Shown here: in pieces, positions 1-6,283 of the stretch
Position numbering within the stretch: position 1 is the stretch's first letter
Layout: the number at the start of each line of letters is the position of its first letter
Source: an uncultured Gemmatimonadales bacterium
Lineage (GTDB): Bacteria; Gemmatimonadota; Gemmatimonadetes; Gemmatimonadales; GWC2-71-9
Direction: 5' to 3'
DNA length: 64,000 nt
NCBI GenBank assembly: GCA_963695185.1
Contig: CAVOGH010000002.1
Span: 193,216-257,215, forward strand
Program-made: the position numbers and the translations under genes
Notes under the pieces: generated by a model
The model's input: the letters and a program-made list of their open reading frames with translations, nothing else
Databases searched by the model: none
Told to the model about the DNA's origin: nothing

Positions 1-212
1 GGGTGCTCGAGGCCATCCAGGCCAAGGTGGACGGGCAGGAGATCGTGTCCGAGGCGCCGGCGGCGGAGGAGCACAAGATCGTCGACCTGATGGAGGCGCT
101 GAAGGCGAGCCTCAGCAAGTCGGGCCACGGCGGCAGCGACAAGAAGCCGGCGCTCAAGATCGTCAAGACCGAGGCCAAGGCCAAGAAGACCAAGAAGGCG
201 GCGCGCGGCTGA
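1..212 (+). CDS. ku: Ku (NHEJ DNA end-binding protein), C-terminal fragment; 5' end outside window
   Basis: Frame is open to the window edge. ...HKIVDLMEALKASLSKS... is followed by a Lys-rich tail (KKPALKIVKTEAKAKKTKKAARG), as in bacterial Ku C-termini. TGA at 210-212. Confidence 0.6.
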   Translation, partial: VLEAIQAKVDGQEIVSEAPAAEEHKIVDLMEALKASLSKSGHGGSDKKPALKIVKTEAKAKKTKKAARG

Positions 213-232
213 AGGCGTACTCGACGGCGGAT

Positions 233-1039
233 GTGGCCCGGCTGCTCGGGCTCTCACCGCGGCAGGTCAGGTCCCTCGCGCGGGGCGGCTTCCTGCTGCC
301 CACCCGCGGCCCCCGCAACACCTACCGCTTCTCCTTCCAGGACCTGGTTCTGCTCCGGACCGCCAAGTCGCTGAGCGATGCCCGGGTGCCGGCCCGCCGA
401 GTCAGGCGGGCGCTGCGCGAGCTGGCGCGCACCCTGCCCCGCGGCCGGCAGCTCTCCGAGGTGCGGCTCCAGGCCGACGGCCAGCGGGTGGTGGTGCGGG
501 ACCGGGACCAGCTGTGGCAGCCGGAATCGGGGCAGCTGATCTTCGACTGGACGGTGGCCCCGCTGGCGACGCGGGCGGCGCCGATCGCCCGGCGGCACGC
601 CCGCCGGGTGATGGAGCGGGACGCGGAGCACTCCAGCGATGAGTGGTTCGACTTGGGGCTGGACCTGGAGGCGGTGGACCTGGGGGAAGCGCTGGTGGCC
701 TACGCCAAGGCGCTGGAGCGGGAGCCGGAGCATGCCGACGCCCACGTGAACCTGGGCCGGCTGCTGCAGATGGTGGGAGAGATGGAGGAGGCGGCCAATC
801 ACTACCGGGAGGCGCTGCGCCACGCGCCCACCCACGCCACCGCCGCCTTCAACCTGGGCACGCTGCTCGAGGACCAGGGCAAGCTGCCCGCCGCCATCGC
901 CGCCTACGAGCGGGCGATCGCGATTGACAACCGGCTGGCGGATGCGCACTTCAATCTGTCGCGGCTGTACGAAAAGGCCGGAAAGAAGCAGGCGGCGTTC
1001 CAGCACCTGAGGACGTACCGGGAGCTGGTGGTGGGGTAG
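233..1039 (+). CDS. MerR-type HTH regulator fused to TPR repeats
   Basis: N-terminal MerR-like HTH (ARLLGLSPRQVRSLARGGFLLP...YRFSFQDLVLLRTAKSL), then TPR repeats (AYAKALEREPEHADAHVNLGRLL, AIAAYERAIAIDNRLADAHFNLSRLYEKAGK). In-frame upstream codons read KAYSTADV, so the true start may be the CTG at 209, overlapping the ku stop. Confidence 0.7.
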   Translation: MARLLGLSPRQVRSLARGGFLLPTRGPRNTYRFSFQDLVLLRTAKSLSDARVPARRVRRALRELARTLPRGRQLSEVRLQADGQRVVVRDRDQLWQPESGQLIFDWTVAPLATRAAPIARRHARRVMERDAEHSSDEWFDLGLDLEAVDLGEALVAYAKALEREPEHADAHVNLGRLLQMVGEMEEAANHYREALRHAPTHATAAFNLGTLLEDQGKLPAAIAAYERAIAIDNRLADAHFNLSRLYEKAGKKQAAFQHLRTYRELVVG

Positions 1040-1097
1040 CGGTAGAGGGATGGGCACCGACGCACGGGGGTGGGTAGGGTGCGTGGTGCGTGGCGTG

Positions 1098-1201
1098 GGC
1101 GAAGGGCAACCAGGGTTCCGCGTCGGCCGTCGGGCCGCAAGGGACAGGTGAGACCGCCTAGCGGCGCCTCCGGCCTCGCTCCACCCCGGATGCCCGTCGC
1201 C
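1098..1201 (+). repeat. Structured intergenic element, copy C (34-nt conserved core 1133-1166 enclosed by inverted repeat 1098-1108/1191-1201)
   Basis: Hand alignment with the copies at 62591-62684 and 42697-42799. Core is GGCCGCAAGGGACAGGTGAGACCGCCTAGCGGCG; arms are GGCGAAGGGCA/TGCCCGTCGCC. Confidence 0.7.
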
Positions 1202-1221
1202 ACCTCGCGGATCGTCCCGAC

Positions 1222-1269
1222 CGTCTGACCGCCTGACCGCCTGACCGCCTGACCGCCTGACCGCCTGAA
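1222..1269 (+). repeat. 8-bp tandem repeat, six units (CGTCTGAC, CGCCTGAC x4, CGCCTGAA)
   Basis: Direct reading of ccgtctgaccgcctgaccgcctgaccgcctgaccgcctgaccgcctgaa. Lies 20 nt upstream of the DUF72 ATG. Confidence 0.9.
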
Positions 1270-1289
1270 CCTCGAAAGGACACCCCACA

Positions 1290-1985
1290 ATGCAAGTCCT
1301 CGCCGGCACCAGCGGCTGGTCGTTCAAGGAGTGGAAGGGCGGGTTCTATCCCAAGGGCCTGCCCGACGACCAGATGCTGACCAGCTACGCCAGCCGCCTG
1401 CCGACGGTGGAGGTGAACAACACGTTCTACCGGATGCCCAAGGAGAAGGTGCTGCTGGGGTGGGCGGAGGCGGTACCCGAGGGGTTCAAGTTCTCGGTCA
1501 AGGCGTCGCAGCGGATCACCCACCACGCCCGGCTCAAGGACGTGGCGGACAACCTGCAGTATTTCCTGCGGGTCTGTTCCTCACTGGGGGAGCGGCGCGG
1601 GCCATCGCTCTTTCAGCTTCCGCCCAACCTCAAGGCTGACCTGCCGCTCCTCACCGACTTCCTGGCGCTGCTGCCCCACGGCTGGCGGGCCACCATGGAG
1701 TTTCGTCACCCGACCTGGTTCACCGACCCGGTCTATGATGCGCTCCGCGCGAAGGACGTGGCCATGACCATCGCCGAGCAGGATGATTTCGAGGTCCCGG
1801 TGGTGGCCACGGCGACGTGGGGCTATCTCCGCCTGCATCGCTCCAGCTACGACGAGGCCCGGCTCAAGCACTGGGCGGCGGAGATCCGGAAACAGCCGTG
1901 GCAGGAGGCGTTCGTGTACTTCAAGCACGAGGGCGAGGGAAGCGGGCCGGAGGTGGCGGAGGCGTTTGGGCGATTGGGCGATTAG
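1290..1985 (+). CDS. DUF72 family protein (YecE-like)
   Basis: MQVLAGTSGWSFKEWKGGFYPKGLP...YASRLPTVEVNNTFYRMP matches the DUF72 N-terminal signature. The last residues (GRLGD*) are encoded by the octamer array. Confidence 0.85.
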   Translation: MQVLAGTSGWSFKEWKGGFYPKGLPDDQMLTSYASRLPTVEVNNTFYRMPKEKVLLGWAEAVPEGFKFSVKASQRITHHARLKDVADNLQYFLRVCSSLGERRGPSLFQLPPNLKADLPLLTDFLALLPHGWRATMEFRHPTWFTDPVYDALRAKDVAMTIAEQDDFEVPVVATATWGYLRLHRSSYDEARLKHWAAEIRKQPWQEAFVYFKHEGEGSGPEVAEAFGRLGD

Positions 1986-2009
1986 GCGATTGGGCGATTG
2001 GGCGATTGA
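1962..2009 (+). repeat. 8-bp tandem repeat, six units (GCGTTTGG, GCGATTGG, GCGATTAG, GCGATTGG x2, GCGATTGA), overlapping the DUF72 stop
   Basis: Direct reading. The TAG stop at 1983-1985 lies inside unit 3. Confidence 0.9.
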
Positions 2010-2026
2010 TGGGGGGGGGCGCTCCG

Positions 2027-2119
2027 GTCATTGCGATGAGGCCCCGCAGGGGCCGAGGAAGCAATCCCTTCCGGTGTTCACTCCGGGGTTGCTGCGCCGC
2101 TCCGAGGCCTCGCAATGAC
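2027..2119 (+). other. Hairpin-rich intergenic segment (arms GTCATTGCGATGAGGCC / GGCCTCGCAATGAC; internal GCCCC-GCA-GGGGC and CCGG-N8-CCGG hairpins)
   Basis: Inverted repeats read directly. Contains AATCCCTT.CGG, resembling the reverse complement of the 34-nt core; possibly a diverged fourth element copy. Confidence 0.35.
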
Positions 2120-2240
2120 GCAGCCGATCGACGCGGGCCCCCCGGGGGCGCACAGCCACCCGCATCCCTTCGGCGGCCCTCTGCGCCTCTGTGGTCAGCC
2201 ACGCCACACGTGTGCGCTCGCCCATGCTCGCTCTCGACTC

Positions 2241-2257
2241 GAATCGCCCAATCGCCT
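2241..2257 (-). repeat. Two octamer units (minus strand reads GGCGATTGGGCGATTC), 17 nt after the stop of the KimA-like gene
   Basis: Plus strand reads gaatcgcccaatcgcct. Confidence 0.8.
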
Positions 2258-2274
2258 GATACCAGCTCACCCCC

Positions 2275-4284
2275 TCAGGCCGTCTGCGGCTCCCGCACCC
2301 GGATGGGCAGGGTGACCATGGTCTTGCCGGCCCATTGGAGCCGGGTCTGCAGCGCCAGTGCGGTACCGTTGTGCAGCCAGCGCTGCCACCACCGTTCACG
2401 CGGAAAGATGAGCTTGCCGGCAAAGAACGTGGCGTGGGGAAACTCCCGGCTGAGCTCCAGGCACAGCTTCTCCCCTTCCTCGACGACATCGGTGCCGATC
2501 GCCATGCGAGTGATGGCCGGGAGCGACAGGCTCCCGGCCAGGGTGACATAGCGCTCCAGAGTCTGCTCGGTGCGCCGGCGCACCTCCGCCACCGCATCCT
2601 CGCGGGCGAAGTCGCCGGAATCGAGCACCCCTACCGACACGAAGACAAGGCCGCGGTAGTGCCCCGGGAAGGCCCGGAGCAGGTTCAGGACCGTGTGAAC
2701 GCCCACCCCGCCGTAGCTCTCCACCAGCACCACGGCCACCGGCTGGCCACGTTGCGGTTCGACCGGGGCGGGCGCGGCGTCGTGGAGGGGCAGTTCCTCA
2801 AGCTCCTGGTAGAGCGCGTCCAGCCGGCGGGCCGAGGCGCGGTAGTGCCGCCGGACCAGGGCGGCGAGGGCGATCACCACGCCAGTGATCAGCAGGGTCA
2901 GCCACCCGCCCTCGAGGAACTTCTCCGTGACGGTGACCGCAAGGATGGTGGCGCACAGCAGGAGCGCCGTCAGGAACAGGGCCAGGCGCCGCCGCCACGG
3001 AGATGGCGATCCCCGCCGCCGCCACCAGAAGCCGCACATGCCCAGCATGGAGAGGGAGAAGGTCAGGAAGACATTGATGCTGTACATCACCACCAGCATG
3101 GCGACGCTGCCCTGGGTGTAGAGCAGCGCCGCGAGTGCGGCGAGGGTCATGAGGAGGATGCCGTTCCGGGCGGTGAGCCGGTCGGAGAGAGCGGCAAAGC
3201 GGTGCGGCATCCAGGAGTCGAGGGCCATGTTGGCCAGGACCCGCGGGCCGTCCAGGAACCCGGCCTGCGCCGCGACCACCAGCAGCATGGCCTCGGCTAG
3301 CAGGGTGAGGACGATGAAGGTCCCGCCGAGCGGAAGGTCTTGCACCACCCGCGCGACCAGCACCGCGTTGAGGGTCTTGCCGGGGACCGGCGTGAGTTGC
3401 CACAGGAGGTAGCACAACAGCAGCCCCGACGCGGTCACCGCCAGCGACACTCCCATGTAGACCATGGTGCGCTTGGCGGTGGCGACCTTGGGCTCCCGCA
3501 TCATGGGCACCCCGTTGGAGACCGCCTCGATGCCGGTGTAGGTCCCGCCACCGAGGGAGAACGCCCGGAAGAAGACCAGTAGCAGCCCGCCGATGCCCAG
3601 GCTCGCGCTGCCGGACGCGAATCCGTTGCCGGCATCCGCCAGGGTCCGGGGCAGCTCCGGCAGGTGGGAGAGCATCGCGCCCCCGATGAGGAGCGCATGG
3701 GTCACCAGGAACAGCAGGAAGACGGGCAGCAGGGTCAGCACCGACTCCCGTACGCCACGCAGGTTCAGCCCGGCGAGCAGCAGCAACAGGGCCAGGTCCA
3801 CGGGCACCCTCAGCGCATGCCAGCCGGCCGGCAGGAAGCTGAACAGGGCGTCGCCGGCGGCGGCGAGGGAGATGGTGATCGTCAGGATATAGTCCACCAG
3901 CAGTGCCGCGCCGGAGACCAGGCCCGCCCGCTCCCCCAGCAGCCGGGTGGCGACGACGTAGCCCCCACCCCCGGTCGGGAATTCCTCGATGATGCGGCGG
4001 TAGGCGGCCGAGATCAGCAGCACCGTCGTGGCCATGAGGCCGGCCAGCGGCAGCGCGAGGTACGGGTGTGCTCCGAGCGCCTTGTAGGCCTCCTCCGGTC
4101 CGTACGCCGAGGACGACAGCCCGTCGGCGCCGAGCCCGACCCAGGCCAGGAACGGCACCAGGGCGAGGCGGTGGAACAGCCGGCGGTCGGCGAGGTCGTG
4201 TGGCGCGCCGAAAATCAGATGTCGGAGGCGACAGCGGCCGGACCACGCTGTGGCCGGCGCCGCATCGGGCAACTTGTTGAGCAT
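2275..4284 (-). CDS. KimA/YdaO-like K+ transporter (APC superfamily) with C-terminal cytosolic domain
   Basis: 669 aa. The polytopic APC-type core includes GADGLSSSAYGPEE, GGGGYVVATRLLGERAGLVSGAALLVDYILT and YTGIEAVSNGVP. The C-terminal ...FPRERWWQRWLHNGTALALQTRLQWAGKTMVTLPIRV resembles, from memory, the B. subtilis KimA tail (...KKRWHTILHNQSAFLLRVRLFWKKDIMVATLPYHF). Confidence 0.6.
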   Translation of the reverse strand: MLNKLPDAAPATAWSGRCRLRHLIFGAPHDLADRRLFHRLALVPFLAWVGLGADGLSSSAYGPEEAYKALGAHPYLALPLAGLMATTVLLISAAYRRIIEEFPTGGGGYVVATRLLGERAGLVSGAALLVDYILTITISLAAAGDALFSFLPAGWHALRVPVDLALLLLLAGLNLRGVRESVLTLLPVFLLFLVTHALLIGGAMLSHLPELPRTLADAGNGFASGSASLGIGGLLLVFFRAFSLGGGTYTGIEAVSNGVPMMREPKVATAKRTMVYMGVSLAVTASGLLLCYLLWQLTPVPGKTLNAVLVARVVQDLPLGGTFIVLTLLAEAMLLVVAAQAGFLDGPRVLANMALDSWMPHRFAALSDRLTARNGILLMTLAALAALLYTQGSVAMLVVMYSINVFLTFSLSMLGMCGFWWRRRGSPSPWRRRLALFLTALLLCATILAVTVTEKFLEGGWLTLLITGVVIALAALVRRHYRASARRLDALYQELEELPLHDAAPAPVEPQRGQPVAVVLVESYGGVGVHTVLNLLRAFPGHYRGLVFVSVGVLDSGDFAREDAVAEVRRRTEQTLERYVTLAGSLSLPAITRMAIGTDVVEEGEKLCLELSREFPHATFFAGKLIFPRERWWQRWLHNGTALALQTRLQWAGKTMVTLPIRVREPQTA

Positions 4285-4396
4285 GGAATGTCCGGTGCGA
4301 ATCGGACCCCAACCTCGCTCCTCCCCCTGCCGCCGTCATCCCCCCGGGCGGAAACATTGATACAGCGTTTACGCCCGGTGGAGTAGTTTAGGGACC

Positions 4397-5533
4397 ATGA
4401 ACGAAGCTCCCCCGGACGCCTCCACGCCCCTCGCCGCCCGGCCTGGCACGCCGCTGCGGGAACATCTGCTGGCGGTCGGGCTGGTGGCTGCCGCGAGTGG
4501 AGTGGCCCTGCTGTTCCGGTCACACCTGGCGACGATTGACGTGGCGATGCTGCTGTTGCTGTCGGTGGTCGGGGTCGCGGCGCGCTGCGGCCGGCCGGCG
4601 GCACTGCTGGCATCGGTGCTGAGTATCGTGAGTTTCGACGTGCTGTTCGTGCCCCCGTACTACCGGCTGAGCGTGGAGGATGGCGCGTACCTGCTCACCT
4701 TCGCGGTGATGCTCATCGTGGGTTTCGTCATGAGCCACCTCACCGCGACCGCGCGGGAGGCCGCCATCAGGCACGAGAGCGCCCGGGCGCTGGTCGAGGC
4801 GGAGCGGCTGCGAACCGCGCTGCTGAGTTCGCTGTCGCACGATCTCCGCTCCCCGCTGGCCAGCATCGAGGGAGCGGCAAGCAGTCTGGCCGCGGATACC
4901 GGCAGCACCACACCGGAGACCCGGAGGGAGCTGGCCGAGACGGTGCTGGAGGAGTCGCGGCGGATGCACCGGCTGGTCACCAATCTGCTGGACATGGTCA
5001 GGGTCGAGAGCGGGACTCTCCAGGTCCAGGCCACCTGGCTGCCGCTGGAGGAGGTGATCGGGGTGGCCCTCATCCGGCTGGACGACCGCCTCGAGGACCA
5101 CTCGGTGACCGTGACCCTCTCCCCCGCCCTGCCGCTGGTCCTGGCCGACGAACTGCTGCTGGAGCAGGTGTTCATCAATCTGCTCGATAACGCCATTCGG
5201 CATACCCCTCCCGGTACCCCCATCGCGGTACGGGCCTGGGCTGAGGACGGTGCGGTCACGGTAGAGGTGGCGGACGAGGGGCCGGGCATCGCCCCGGGGG
5301 AGGAGGACGCGATCTTCGGGAAATTCCACCGGGTGCCCCGCCAGCGGCTGACTCCTCCGGCTCCCGGGGCTGGACTGGGACTGACCATCTGCCAGGGAAT
5401 CATCCGTGCGCACGGCGGCCGGATCTGGGTGGTCCGGGGCACCGGTTCCGGCGCGGTGTTCCGCTTCACCCTGCCGCTGCGGGGGACGCCGCCGGAGGCC
5501 CTGCCCGCCGAGCCGGGCGGCGAGGCCCCCTGA
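4397..5533 (+). CDS. kdpD: KdpD-like sensor histidine kinase, short form (membrane DUF4118-like + HisKA + HATPase; no N-terminal KdpD/Usp modules)
   Basis: TM region LLLLSVVGVAA...SIVSFDVLFVPPYYRLSV, H-box LLSSLSHDLRSPLASI, N and G boxes (INLLDNAIRHTP, GAGLGLTICQGII). The stop overlaps the kdpE start (TGATG at 5531-5535). Confidence 0.75.
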   Translation: MNEAPPDASTPLAARPGTPLREHLLAVGLVAAASGVALLFRSHLATIDVAMLLLLSVVGVAARCGRPAALLASVLSIVSFDVLFVPPYYRLSVEDGAYLLTFAVMLIVGFVMSHLTATAREAAIRHESARALVEAERLRTALLSSLSHDLRSPLASIEGAASSLAADTGSTTPETRRELAETVLEESRRMHRLVTNLLDMVRVESGTLQVQATWLPLEEVIGVALIRLDDRLEDHSVTVTLSPALPLVLADELLLEQVFINLLDNAIRHTPPGTPIAVRAWAEDGAVTVEVADEGPGIAPGEEDAIFGKFHRVPRQRLTPPAPGAGLGLTICQGIIRAHGGRIWVVRGTGSGAVFRFTLPLRGTPPEALPAEPGGEAP

Positions 5534-6239
5534 TGGCTGCGCCGCGCCCGGTGGTGCTGCTGATCGAAGACGAGCCGCAGATGCGCCGGTTCCTCCGGCT
5601 CACGCTTGCCAACCAGGACTACAGCGTCATCGAAGCGGCCACCGCCCGGGAAGGGCTGGGTCAGGCCCGTTCCCGGAACCCCGACGTCGTGTTGCTCGAC
5701 CTGGGCCTGCCCGACGGCGACGGCCTGGAGCTGACCCGTGACCTCCGCCGCCTGGGCCGGATGCCCATCATCGTCATCTCCGCCCGGGGCCGGGAGCAGG
5801 ACAAGGTGGCCGCCCTCGACCGCGGCGCCGACGACTACCTCACCAAGCCGTTCGGCACCCCCGAGCTGCTGGCGAGGCTCCGGGTGGCACTCCGGCATGC
5901 GGCCGTCCCGGTGGATGACAGCGCCGGCCCGGTGTTCCGGAGCGCGGGCATCACGGTAGACCTCGGCGCCCGCATTGTGACCCGGCACGGAGAGCGGCTG
6001 CACCTGAGTCCGACGGAATACCGGCTGCTCGCAGCGCTGGTACGTCACGCCGGCCGACTGATGACTCACCGGCAGCTGCTCACGGAGGTCTGGGGGCGGC
6101 CCACACCTCGGAGACCCACTACCTCCGGGTATACATGGGCCACCTCCGCCACAAGCTGGAAGACGATCCGGCTCGGCCCCGGCTGCTGATCACCGAGCCC
6201 GCCATCGGATACCGGCTGATGGAGCTGACACCGGCGTAG
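5533..6239 (+). pseudogene. kdpE: KdpE-like OmpR-family response regulator, reading frame disrupted near 6092-6100
   Basis: The receiver domain is intact (VVLLIEDEPQMRRFL...DLGLPDGDG...ADDYLTKPF). After ...LLTEVWG the homologous winged-helix sequence AHTSETHYLRVYMGHLRHKLEDDPARPRLLITEPAIGYRLMELTPA* continues in the -1 frame and ends at TAG 6237-6239. Confidence 0.8.
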
Positions 6240-6283
6240 GCCTGCCGGGGGAAGTCGGGTGGCCGAGTCGCTAAGTTCCCCCC

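Noticed and set aside
1222-2009. Whether the tandem octamer arrays could be CRISPR arrays.
   Set aside because: The units are 8 bp and directly abutting with no spacers. No cas genes are in the window.
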